Part shown: one piece after another, positions 45,822 through 54,517 of the stretch
Numbering within the stretch: position 1 is the first letter of the stretch
Layout of the letters: the number at the start of each line of letters is the position of its first letter
Assembly (NCBI GenBank): GCA_028712175.1
Contig: JAQTQQ010000001.1
Coordinates: 96,992-160,991, forward strand
Direction: 5' to 3'
DNA length: 64,000 nt
DNA from: Candidatus Omnitrophota bacterium
GTDB lineage: Bacteria > Omnitrophota > Gorgyraeia > Gygaellales > Profunditerraquicolaceae
Program-made: the position numbers and the translations under genes
The notes under the pieces: generated by a model
What the model saw: the letters and a program-made list of their open reading frames with translations, nothing else
Databases searched by the model: none
What the model was told of the DNA's origin: nothing

Positions 45822-47414
45822 ATGAGAAAGTTATTTTTTGGCCTAATATGTATTGCTACTTTCATAATTACCCTGCCTTTTAAGGGTTATTCCATTGAAG
45901 ATCTTGCAGAAGAGATGAGGCTTTATGTCGGACATCCACAAACGATTTCCATAAATTCTCCAAAAAGAGTCGCAGTTGGAAATCCTCTGGTGGCCGATGT
46001 CGTTAATATCAGTAAAACCGAACTGTCAATTGACCCCAAGGCGGCAGGAAGCACGACGCTGATCATTTGGGATAATTTCGGCGAGCAATCTTATCGCCTG
46101 AATGTATTTACCGAAGATATGAGCATTATTAAGCGGCGCGTCGATAACATGCTTTCTTCATTAAATCTACCGGGAGTTTATACCAAAGCAGAGGATGAAG
46201 AGGCTAAGGTGTTGCTTTTAGGGACCGTTAAATCCGCAAAAGATAAAGGCAGAATTACTGCCGCTTTGGATCAGATAAAGGATAAAATAATAGACCTGGT
46301 TATGGTAAAAGAAGAAGAGTCGCTTATAGAGATCGATGTTCAGGTTATTGAGATTAATAAAGGTTCCCAGGATGTTTTGGGTTTTACCTGGCCCGGTTCA
46401 GTGAATTTAACCGAAGTCGGTTCCCCCGGGATTCAAGCCGCAGGTACTACATGGGGTAAGTTATTTAAGGTAGCTAATGAAACCCGCGCCGCTTTTACTT
46501 TAAAATTAGATGCCTTAATACAGGAAGGCAAAGCGCGTATTCTTTCTCGTCCGCGAGTCTCCTGTCAGAGCGGTAAAGAAGCTAAACTTGTCGTCGGAGG
46601 AGAGGTCCCGGTTTTAAGCGGGACAGTAAGCCCCGGAGGAACTACGGGTACCCCCGGCGCGACTACGAGCGGCTCAGTTGAATATAAAGAATATGGTATT
46701 ATTTTGAATGTTAAACCACTGCTTGAAGATAACGGACGTATTCATCTCGGACTTGATGTTACAGTCAGTGAAGTCGGTGATCAAGTGCAGACGGATTATG
46801 CCTTGGCATATAGAATGACTAAGCGTACGGCTACAACCGAACTTTTACTTGATGATGGGCAGACTATGGCCATAGGCGGTTTAATTAAACAGAAGAAATC
46901 GGAGGATGTAAGAAGAGTGCCGTGGCTTTCCAATATCCCAGTTGTGGGTGCAATATTTAAGCAGAGGACTAAGGCTTCCGGGTGGGATTCAGATCTTAGC
47001 GAAATCAATGATATTGAGCTTTTTATTACATTGACTCCGCGCGTGGTCAGCCAGATAAAACCGCAGGAGGAATCAAGGCCTAAGATTGCCAAAATTACTG
47101 CTCCAAACTATGATAATATCAAGGATCCGGTTTTGAGGTATTCAAAACTGGTGCAGCAAAAAGTTCTAAATGCGCTTGTTTATCCTCCGGCCGCAAAGGC
47201 CGCCGGATTTCAGGGAACCGTGAAACTAAGCCTTAAGCTTTCGCCGCAAGGTGAACTTTTGGAATCGAAATTAAAGGAAACTTCAAGTTACCGGGTGCTG
47301 GATGATGCTGCGCTCCAAAAAGCCCAAGACACTTCCCCTTATCCGCCTTTTCCTCCTGACATAAAGGAGCAAGAAATTTGGGTGGATATTCCTATAACTT
47401 ATCAATTGGAATAA
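45822..47414 (+). CDS. cpaC: Tad/type II secretin (CpaC/RcpA-like) fused to C-terminal TonB_C domain
   Basis: Secretin core 'LLDDGQTMAIGGLIKQKKSEDVRRVPWLSNIPVVGAIFK'. The C-terminal ~90 aa 'VLNALVYPPAAKAAGFQGTVKLSLKLSPQGELLES...WVDIPITYQL' is a TonB C-terminal fold signature. Confidence 0.7.
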   Translation: MRKLFFGLICIATFIITLPFKGYSIEDLAEEMRLYVGHPQTISINSPKRVAVGNPLVADVVNISKTELSIDPKAAGSTTLIIWDNFGEQSYRLNVFTEDMSIIKRRVDNMLSSLNLPGVYTKAEDEEAKVLLLGTVKSAKDKGRITAALDQIKDKIIDLVMVKEEESLIEIDVQVIEINKGSQDVLGFTWPGSVNLTEVGSPGIQAAGTTWGKLFKVANETRAAFTLKLDALIQEGKARILSRPRVSCQSGKEAKLVVGGEVPVLSGTVSPGGTTGTPGATTSGSVEYKEYGIILNVKPLLEDNGRIHLGLDVTVSEVGDQVQTDYALAYRMTKRTATTELLLDDGQTMAIGGLIKQKKSEDVRRVPWLSNIPVVGAIFKQRTKASGWDSDLSEINDIELFITLTPRVVSQIKPQEESRPKIAKITAPNYDNIKDPVLRYSKLVQQKVLNALVYPPAAKAAGFQGTVKLSLKLSPQGELLESKLKETSSYRVLDDAALQKAQDTSPYPPFPPDIKEQEIWVDIPITYQLE

Positions 47415-47415
47415 G

Positions 47416-49575
47416 ATGGCAAAAATAATAGTAATATTTAGCACAAAAGGCGGTGTCGGAAAAACGCTTATTGCTGCTAATTTAGCCGTATCTTTGACCA
47501 GAGAAGGCAAGCGCGTCTGTGTAGTAGATTTAGATACGCAGGTAGTAGGAGATATGGCGCATATGCTGGGTTTGAGCCCGCAGAAGTGTATAGCGGACTT
47601 GATGAGTTTTATGAGCAAGCAGCCCCAGTTGACTAAGAAGCAAGATTTTATAATTCAAACCAAATTTAATAATGTAGATTTCCTCGCCGGCGTACTTAAG
47701 CCGCAGCAATCCGGGTATCTCTACGCGGAAAAACTCCCCGAAATATTTGCCTTCTTAGATAAAGACTATGATTATATTGTTGTGGATGTGGGCAAGAGTT
47801 TTAGCGATATATTTCTTGCTGCATTAAGCCAGGCTAACCTCATACTTTTGGTCGCTACCCCGGATGTGCTTTCCGTGTATCAAACTAAGTGGGCTTTAGA
47901 TACTTTACTGTTTCTGCATTTTCCCCTGAATATGATTAAGCTTGTGCTTAACAGGGCGGAATCCTTATCCAGTATCAGTTGGCAGGAGATTAGGGTAAAT
48001 CTTCCCGTGGATATAATTGCCAAGGTCCCTTCTGAAGGCAAGTTGGTTAATCAGGCGGTTAATCTTGGTGTGCCCATAGCTATTAATGCCCCTCGCTCTA
48101 AGATCGCCTTAGTTCTATCTGAGCTTGCAGCCCTTTTAATCGAAGGTAAGGCGCTTTATATGGAACGCAAGAATATCGATCAGATCAAGATTAAAGAGGT
48201 GGCACTTGAGAAATCCGGGCAGTTCTGGGAGTCTCAGGATTTAAAAGAATCCGTGCTTGAGCCTGATAGTTCAGAAGATAAAGACGAGATATTGATACTC
48301 AAGCGCCGAATACACAGCCGCCTTTTGGATAGCATGAACATAAAGAGGTTGGACCTTAAAATATTCAGCGACCGCAAAAAAGCCAGGGATCTAAAAGAAA
48401 GGGCGGGAGTTATTGTAAGCAATCTTTTAGTGGAGGAGGCAGGGAGCTTTATTCCTTCCCAGGAAATAAGAAGAAAGCTGATCAAAGAAATCCTGGATGA
48501 AGCTTTGGGCCTTGGGCCTTTAGAGGATTTATTGGCAGACCCGGATATTACCGATATCATGGTTAATAATAAAGATGAAATTTATGTTGAGCGGTTTGGA
48601 CTAATCGAGCTTACCAGCAAGAAATTCATTTCTAATGATCAGGTCCGCACGATAATCGAACGCATTATCGCTCCTATCGGAAGGCGTATTGATGAATCCG
48701 TGCCTATGGTTGATGCCCGTCTTGGCGACGGATCGCGCGTCAACGCAATTATATCTCCTGTATCGTTAACCGGGCCGACTTTAACTATCAGAAAATTCCG
48801 CAAAGAAAGATACAAAACAAATGATTTGCTTAATTTAGGCGCCTTAACTCAGGGGATATCCGATTTTATTAGGGCTTGTGTGTTGTGCCGCAAAAATATG
48901 ATTGTTTCCGGTGGCACAGGTTCAGGAAAAACCACGATGTTAAACGCGCTTTCAGAATATATTCCTGAAGGAGAAAGGATTATAACCTTAGAGGATGCCG
49001 CGGAATTGAAATTGAACCAAAGGCACTGGATAAGGTTGGAATCTCGTCCTCCGAATATAGAAGGTAAAGGCAGTCTTATGATCAGGGACCTTTTCCGTAA
49101 TACCCTGCGTATGCGCCCGGATAGAATTATCGTCGGAGAATGCCGCGGTACCGAATCTTTAGATATGCTTCAAGCCATGAATACCGGGCATGACGGCTCT
49201 ATGACCACCGTTCACGCAAATTCTACCACGGATGTTTTATCCCGGCTTGATTCGATGATTCTTATGTCCGGAATTGAGCTTCCTGCCAGGGCTATACGTG
49301 AGATGGTTGCTTCCGCAGTTGATATAATTGTGCACACCGCAAGGCTTTCCGACGGTTCGCGAAAAATTATGTCCATCGCGGAAATATCAGGGATGAAAGA
49401 TGAGATGCATATAAATTTAAACGAAGTATTCATTTTTAAGCAAACCGGAGTAGATCCTAAAGGCAAGGTTCAGGGGTATTTTACTGCTACCGGTTATAAG
49501 CCTTCATTTTTGGATGAAATCCGCGTGCGCGGAATATCCCTTTCAGAAGATATATTTATACCCACCAAGCCGTAA
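47416..49575 (+). CDS. fused CpaE/TadZ-like ParA-family ATPase + CpaF/TadA secretion ATPase
   Basis: N-terminal deviant Walker A 'FSTKGGVGKT' (MinD/ParA-like CpaE). C-terminal 'GGTGSGKTT', Asp box, and 'MNTGHDGSMTTVHAN' (TadA/VirB11-like hexameric ATPase). Confidence 0.8.
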   Translation: MAKIIVIFSTKGGVGKTLIAANLAVSLTREGKRVCVVDLDTQVVGDMAHMLGLSPQKCIADLMSFMSKQPQLTKKQDFIIQTKFNNVDFLAGVLKPQQSGYLYAEKLPEIFAFLDKDYDYIVVDVGKSFSDIFLAALSQANLILLVATPDVLSVYQTKWALDTLLFLHFPLNMIKLVLNRAESLSSISWQEIRVNLPVDIIAKVPSEGKLVNQAVNLGVPIAINAPRSKIALVLSELAALLIEGKALYMERKNIDQIKIKEVALEKSGQFWESQDLKESVLEPDSSEDKDEILILKRRIHSRLLDSMNIKRLDLKIFSDRKKARDLKERAGVIVSNLLVEEAGSFIPSQEIRRKLIKEILDEALGLGPLEDLLADPDITDIMVNNKDEIYVERFGLIELTSKKFISNDQVRTIIERIIAPIGRRIDESVPMVDARLGDGSRVNAIISPVSLTGPTLTIRKFRKERYKTNDLLNLGALTQGISDFIRACVLCRKNMIVSGGTGSGKTTMLNALSEYIPEGERIITLEDAAELKLNQRHWIRLESRPPNIEGKGSLMIRDLFRNTLRMRPDRIIVGECRGTESLDMLQAMNTGHDGSMTTVHANSTTDVLSRLDSMILMSGIELPARAIREMVASAVDIIVHTARLSDGSRKIMSIAEISGMKDEMHINLNEVFIFKQTGVDPKGKVQGYFTATGYKPSFLDEIRVRGISLSEDIFIPTKP

Positions 49576-49587
49576 GAAACTTAAAAA

Positions 49588-49932
49588 ATGCGTTTAATCA
49601 ATACAACTAAGAATACTGTCTTGGCAGAAAACGTATTTCTGGCAAATAAGTCCTTATCAAGGATTAAGGGTTTGCTGGGGAAAAAGGTTTTTTTGCCTGA
49701 TCAAGCGATAATCCTTGATCCTTGTAATTCGGTGCATACTTTTTTTATGCATTTTGCGATAGATGTGATTTTCGTGGATAGGAATTATAAGGTTGTTAAG
49801 ATATTGCCCAAGCTTAGCCCAAATAGGATAACTTCCGTATATTGGCATTCTAGTAAGGTTATTGAATTACCTGCCGGAAGCTTAAGCCTCACCAATACCC
49901 AAGATCAAGATCAACTGCAGTTAATAAAGTAA
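49588..49932 (+). CDS. DUF192 family protein
   Basis: 'GLLGKKVFLPDQAIILDPCNSVHTFFMHFAIDVIFVD' matches the COG1430/DUF192 core. Confidence 0.6.
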   Translation: MRLINTTKNTVLAENVFLANKSLSRIKGLLGKKVFLPDQAIILDPCNSVHTFFMHFAIDVIFVDRNYKVVKILPKLSPNRITSVYWHSSKVIELPAGSLSLTNTQDQDQLQLIK

Positions 49933-50016
49933 TTTTACTTTTCTGTCCAATCTGACTTGACAAAATAATGAATAAGAGTTATATTTATACGTAGAAATGT
50001 CCAATCTGGAGGTTTC

Positions 50017-52155
50017 ATGGGGGTAGTTCATAAACTCAAGCCCGAAGTTATTAAGTTTATTGTTGAGAACAAGCAGAATGATCCTTCCTTGAGCTGCCGT
50101 GCTTTAACGCAGCTAGTTTTCGATAAACTTCAAATCAAGCTTTCAAAATCAAGCGCCAACGCTATTATTAAGGAAAATAATTTGAGCATGCCTATTGGCA
50201 GAAGGCAAAAGCATAAAAAAAAGAAATTCAATATGCCTATTTTACCGGTTATTGAAGGAACTAAAGCAATCACCTTGGTTGCTGGGGAGGGAAAAGTGAA
50301 AGCGGAGAGTGCTTCCGAGGAGAAACGGATTAAAGAAGCAGAGGAATGGGCTATGAAATTACAGATCGATGAAAGGGCTAAAGCTGAAGAAAGATTGAGG
50401 CTGCAAAAACAAAAATCTGAAAATGAAGATATCAAGAAGAAGGCTGAAGAAGCAGAATTAAGGTTTCTTATGGAAGAAGCTGCTAAGCTTAATGCGCAAA
50501 AGGAAGCTGAAAAACTTGCAGAAGCAAAAGCCGCCGAGGAAGTTCAGCGAAAAGCAGAGCAGGAAAGGCTGGCTAAGCTTGCCGCCGAGGAAGCTGAAAA
50601 ACTTGCAAAAGCGAAAGCCGCCGAGGAAGTTCAGCGAAAAGCAGAGCAGGAAAGGCTGGCAAATGTTTCCGAAGATGACGCCAGAGAACCTGATGAAGAG
50701 AATGCTGCTCAGGAAGCAGCGTTAAGAGCTGAAAAAGAAAGATGGGCCAGGCTCGCGGAGGAAGAGCTTAAGGCTAGGCAGAAACAGGAAAAAGAAGAAG
50801 TGGTTTTAAAGAAAGAGGATTTTGCTCCTTCTGGCCAATTCAGCCAGAATAAGCTTTGTTCAGGTTTAATATTTTTTAAAGCGCTCGATTGTTTAATGGG
50901 ATGCAGTAAAGAAATTAATGCGGCAATTTGTAAAGAGTTGGGCCAGCCCCCGGATGATTTTTTAAATCTTACGGAGACGTTAATATTCAGGTCTTTATTC
51001 GATAATGATAATATCCCCGAGTTTTGGGGCCTAATCGCTAAGCCATACCCCCGGGAAAAACTTGATAATTATTCTGCGCAAGTCCGGCAAATTAAGAATA
51101 TACAACCGGATATTGTAAAAATTATCTCTGCTGCTTTTACCGAAGCCCGGGGGGCAAAAGTGCATCTTGCCGACGGAGATATTATTAATTTGGACGGACA
51201 ATTACATTCTACATGGCCTACCAAGAATATCCCGTATGATTTTTCAAGCTCTATATATGAACTGAAGAACAACTTAAACAAATATTTTACCCTTGGCCAG
51301 CCTTTAGTTTTATTTTCTGCCGGAGGCTATGATATACCTTCAAAAGATTTCTTTGGCCTGCTTTTAAATGGCAGTTCAGCAGGTAAATGCCCGGCCAACG
51401 TAACTTTGTTCGGCAATAACTTAGAGGAGCTCCAAAGCATGCCCTTAAATGATAGAAAAAAATTATCACTAATTTTTGGGCTTTGGCCTTGGCAGTTTAC
51501 AAGCAGCAGGAAGGTAAAAAAGATCGGAGATTTTGAGTTAAAACACATAGAGGCGATAAATCAGGATCTGTACCTGGCGGAAGTCGAAATTGACCTTTTA
51601 CGGGCGGCTTTAAATCAATCTATAACTTTAAAAGGCTGTGCCGTAAAAACAGCTCAGGCTGAGAAGATTCGTATGGTCATACTTAGCAGTGATCCACAGC
51701 CGCTGGATTTGGCTCAACTGGCAGAGGCATATCTGGGGTGCTGGCCTAATTTTGAGGAGGCATTTCATGATTTTAGCCGTAAAATCGAGCTTTTTGCCTA
51801 TAATAACAACACGCAAAAGTTTTTTCCTAAAGACAGCTTTGAGGCTAAATTAATGGAGCCGGGCGTGGAATTGGAGAAGATCTTCGTAACTTATATTAAA
51901 ATGCTGGAAACTTATCTGCGCTGGCATTTTTTCCCGGCAGAGTATAGGGAAAAAGATAATCTTGCAACTAGCGACTTATTTTACGGCCTTCCGTTAAAGC
52001 TTGAAGTTGGGCAAAGCGGAGTAGTTGTTAAGGTTGAGGTGGCTAAAGAATACCAGTTTTTAAAGGATCTGGAATATCTTATCTGCCGCTTGAATGAAAG
52101 GCAGATAAGATTAACTAATAGCAGGCGCCTATGTTTTGAAAACGCTTTCAAATAG
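50017..52155 (+). CDS. large hypothetical protein: N-terminal basic/HTH-like region, ~250-aa charged coiled coil with tandem repeat, ~430-aa C-terminal domain
   Basis: Tandem KAEQERLAKLAAEEAEKLAKAKAAEEVQR repeats. It sits inside the tad locus between DUF192 and the pilin array. Confidence 0.45.
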   Translation: MGVVHKLKPEVIKFIVENKQNDPSLSCRALTQLVFDKLQIKLSKSSANAIIKENNLSMPIGRRQKHKKKKFNMPILPVIEGTKAITLVAGEGKVKAESASEEKRIKEAEEWAMKLQIDERAKAEERLRLQKQKSENEDIKKKAEEAELRFLMEEAAKLNAQKEAEKLAEAKAAEEVQRKAEQERLAKLAAEEAEKLAKAKAAEEVQRKAEQERLANVSEDDAREPDEENAAQEAALRAEKERWARLAEEELKARQKQEKEEVVLKKEDFAPSGQFSQNKLCSGLIFFKALDCLMGCSKEINAAICKELGQPPDDFLNLTETLIFRSLFDNDNIPEFWGLIAKPYPREKLDNYSAQVRQIKNIQPDIVKIISAAFTEARGAKVHLADGDIINLDGQLHSTWPTKNIPYDFSSSIYELKNNLNKYFTLGQPLVLFSAGGYDIPSKDFFGLLLNGSSAGKCPANVTLFGNNLEELQSMPLNDRKKLSLIFGLWPWQFTSSRKVKKIGDFELKHIEAINQDLYLAEVEIDLLRAALNQSITLKGCAVKTAQAEKIRMVILSSDPQPLDLAQLAEAYLGCWPNFEEAFHDFSRKIELFAYNNNTQKFFPKDSFEAKLMEPGVELEKIFVTYIKMLETYLRWHFFPAEYREKDNLATSDLFYGLPLKLEVGQSGVVVKVEVAKEYQFLKDLEYLICRLNERQIRLTNSRRLCFENAFK
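50503..50660 (+). repeat. two near-identical 71-bp direct repeats (period 87 bp) inside the coiled-coil gene
   Basis: 'gaagctgaaaaacttgca...gcagagcaggaaaggctggc' at 50503-50573 and at 50590-50660, differing by 2 nt. Confidence 0.7.
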
Positions 52156-52168
52156 CGAGTAATTAACC

Positions 52169-52197
52169 TTGATTGTTTTATTTTCAAATGGTATATT
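52169..52197 (+). promoter_or_regulatory. sigma70-like promoter (TTGATT-17-TATATT) upstream of the Flp pilin array
   Basis: -35 at 52169-74, a 17-nt spacer, and -10 at 52192-97, with a ~120-nt leader to the first pilin ATG. Confidence 0.45.
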
Positions 52198-52318
52198 TAG
52201 GTAGATTATGAGCGATAATTTTAGTATTGCAAATTGATTAAAACTGCAGATAGCCGGCTCATGCAGGTAAGAGTAATTTATTTTTTGCGCTGGCAGGATA
52301 AAAAGAATTCTGGATAAA

Positions 52319-52450
52319 ATGATTTTAAGGGCCGGATACATTAAAGGACAAAGCTTTCTGGAATATACCATGTTGGTTCTCGTCGTCACTGCGGCGCTTG
52401 TTGCGATGACTGTTTATATTCAGCGCGCGATGCATGCCTATGTGGGTTAG
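52319..52450 (+). CDS. flp: Flp-family pilin (43 aa), not in ORF track
   Basis: MILRAGYIKGQSFLEYTMLVLVVTAALVAMTVYIQRAMHAYVG carries the Flp prepilin motif G-QSFL-EY followed by a hydrophobic helix. Confidence 0.65.
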   Translation: MILRAGYIKGQSFLEYTMLVLVVTAALVAMTVYIQRAMHAYVG

Positions 52451-52495
52451 AGTATTTTTGATAATTGTTCCGGCAAGAAAAAGAGTTTTATTAAA

Positions 52496-52657
52496 ATGAT
52501 TTTAAGATCCGCAAAAGGGCAAAGTTTAATTGAATATGGGATATTGGTACTTATCGTCACTGCGGCGCTTATTGCGATGACTGTTTATTTGTACCGTTCA
52601 TCAAACGCCCGCGTTAGGCGCAGCATAGATGAATTAAATTATTACAGATCAGATTAA
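52496..52657 (+). CDS. flp: Flp-family pilin (53 aa), not in ORF track
   Basis: MILRSAKGQSLIEYGILVLIVTAALIAMTVYLYRSSNARVRRSIDELNYYRSD. Confidence 0.65.
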   Translation: MILRSAKGQSLIEYGILVLIVTAALIAMTVYLYRSSNARVRRSIDELNYYRSD

Positions 52658-52675
52658 CACTAGAAGGAGGGGAAG

Positions 52676-52843
52676 ATGAAAAAGTTCAGGAAGGGGCAGA
52701 GTACACTGGAGTATGTAATAATTTTGGCGGCGGTAGTGGGTGCGATTATTGCTGTGGGGATAATGCTTAAACCGAAGTTGATAAACTCATACGATAATTT
52801 ATCTACTACAATGCAAAATAAAGTAGGCGAAGTTACTTTTTAA
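52676..52843 (+). CDS. flp: Flp-family pilin (55 aa), not in ORF track
   Basis: MKKFRKGQSTLEYVIILAAVVGAIIAVGIMLKPKLINSYDNLSTTMQNKVGEVTF, with RBS GAAGGAGGGG upstream. Confidence 0.7.
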   Translation: MKKFRKGQSTLEYVIILAAVVGAIIAVGIMLKPKLINSYDNLSTTMQNKVGEVTF

Positions 52844-52855
52844 GGAGGTGAAAGA

Positions 52856-53185
52856 ATGTTAAGGCTATTGAGAAAAGGACAGAGCACAGCAGAGTACGCA
52901 ATTGTGATTGGTTTAGTTATTGCCGCGGCGGTGGCGATGCAGGTTTATGTGAAGCGCAGTATTCAGGGCAAAATGAAAGATGCCGTAGACACTAATGATC
53001 CTGCCGCAACATTTTTGGTAACCCAACAGTATGAACCGCTATATCAGACCACAACTAATATGACATCAACCAGAGACGGTACTGAAGTAGCCACGACTAA
53101 ACAGGGCGGAGGCGTAACCAGGCAAATTAGCGGGCAGGATATAAGCAGTAGAACAGGTAAAACAAATATTTCAGCAGCTAATTAG
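52856..53185 (+). CDS. Flp-like pilin with ~70-aa C-terminal extension (109 aa)
   Basis: 'LRKGQSTAEYAIVIGLVIAAAVAM', a Thr-rich tail, and RBS AAGGAGGTG. Confidence 0.6.
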   Translation: MLRLLRKGQSTAEYAIVIGLVIAAAVAMQVYVKRSIQGKMKDAVDTNDPAATFLVTQQYEPLYQTTTNMTSTRDGTEVATTKQGGGVTRQISGQDISSRTGKTNISAAN

Positions 53186-53222
53186 TAGGTTAAAGTAGCG
53201 ATAAGTTTATTTAAATCAGGAG

Positions 53223-53537
53223 GTGAATATGTTGCGCGCAAGATCAAGAGGGCAGACTACCCTTGAAGTAGTTATTTTGATCGGTTTTGTTGTAGCGGCG
53301 TTAATTGCTATGGGCGTGTATATGAAAAGAGGTATTCAGGGAAGGCTTAGGGATTCGACGGACCAGATCGGGGAACAATATTCTGCGGGGTATACTACCG
53401 GAACATATACGACAAAGACTGAAATGACCCAAGTTGAAAACATGAGTGCGGGTGGTGCTATTGAGACAAATATTACCCGTAATAGGCAGACAAAAACCGG
53501 TTCTGAAACCGTATCGGATTTTACTCCGGGGTACTAA
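53223..53537 (+). CDS. Flp-like pilin with C-terminal extension (104 aa)
   Basis: 'RSRGQTTLEVVILIGFVVAALIAM' with RBS AGGAGGTG. Confidence 0.55.
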   Translation: MNMLRARSRGQTTLEVVILIGFVVAALIAMGVYMKRGIQGRLRDSTDQIGEQYSAGYTTGTYTTKTEMTQVENMSAGGAIETNITRNRQTKTGSETVSDFTPGY

Positions 53538-54157
53538 TGAGGCGAGGGCAATCGACCCTAGATTATGTTTTTTTGATTGGAGTAGCGGCTGCTGGACTTA
53601 TTGTTATGCTAGTCTATGTCAGCCGCGGGCTTCAAGGGAGTGTGCGCGATAAAGCCGACCAGCTAAGCGCTTGGCAGTATGAACCGGGCAATACGACCAT
53701 ACATAACAGGCAGACTAAAATAGCAGATTCTGATTCTGAATCCGGCAGCAGTACTACTGTTACTTATGGTAATTTAAATGAACCGAATACAGCTTTAGAA
53801 GAAATATTAGAAGAGATTGAAGAAAAACAGAAAGAAATAATAGAGCTTAAAAAGGAGTGGGAAGAAACACTGGTTAAAGAAGCTAAAAGCGAAGCGAAAT
53901 CTGTCAGGGATGGCGATTTGGACTGGCCCGGCCCTCCTGAAGACGGAGAGTTCGCAATTGTAACCAAAGAGCTGCAGAAGGCAAACGAGGAATTAGGGGA
54001 ACTGCTTGAAGAGGCAGATTTATTGGAAGAAGCCTGGAAGAAAAGGAAAATTACTCCAGATGTTACAGGTGAAACGCATAGCTTTAGCAAGGAAGAAGGT
54101 ACAAAATCAGATTCTAAATGGCAAATTGATGAAGCTATAGGCACTTTGATAAAATGA
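53537..54157 (+). CDS. Flp-like pilin with long acidic coiled-coil tail (206 aa)
   Basis: 'MRRGQSTLDYVFLIGVAAAGLIVM', then a Ser/Thr stretch and 'EEILEEIEEKQKEIIELKKEWEE...LLEEADLLEEAWKK'. Confidence 0.5.
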   Translation: MRRGQSTLDYVFLIGVAAAGLIVMLVYVSRGLQGSVRDKADQLSAWQYEPGNTTIHNRQTKIADSDSESGSSTTVTYGNLNEPNTALEEILEEIEEKQKEIIELKKEWEETLVKEAKSEAKSVRDGDLDWPGPPEDGEFAIVTKELQKANEELGELLEEADLLEEAWKKRKITPDVTGETHSFSKEEGTKSDSKWQIDEAIGTLIK

Positions 54158-54447
54158 CATTACGCAGAGGGCAAAATTTAATAGATTTAGCCTTGCTTAT
54201 CGGCTTGGTGGGGCTGGTAGTTATCGGGATGGAAGTTTATGTCAGGCGCGGTGTGCAGGGCAAGATTAAAGATGTTACCGATTATATTACGGAAACCACG
54301 CGCCAGGCGGTAGAAGATCCTAAGATGGTCAGTTCAACCACGCTTAACTTAGATTCATCGATGGAGTATAAAGAGCTTACTAAGGGCGCAAGAAGTTTAA
54401 AGGGCAGGGAGGATTCGGTTTCTGTTTATAATCAGCGCAGCGAGTAG
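54154..54447 (+). CDS. Flp-like pilin with C-terminal extension (97 aa)
   Basis: 'LRRGQNLIDLALLIGLVGLVVIGM'. Confidence 0.5.
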   Translation: MTLRRGQNLIDLALLIGLVGLVVIGMEVYVRRGVQGKIKDVTDYITETTRQAVEDPKMVSSTTLNLDSSMEYKELTKGARSLKGREDSVSVYNQRSE

Positions 54448-54517
54448 GATCTGATAAGGTTAGCTTAGGAGGTATTATTTTCTAAGGCAGAGCAGATTAG
54501 TAAGGAGATATTGAGAA

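Noticed and set aside
50492-50725. 77-aa basic ORF (MRKRKLKNLQKQKPP...)
   Set aside because: It is an alternative frame of the tandem repeat inside the coiled-coil gene, and its repetitive sequence is an artefact of the DNA repeat.
53764-54144. 126-aa minus-strand ORF rich in Ser (also 53446..53652 +)
   Set aside because: It is antisense or alternative-frame to the acidic coiled-coil tail of the 206-aa pilin. It is a low-complexity mirror ORF.
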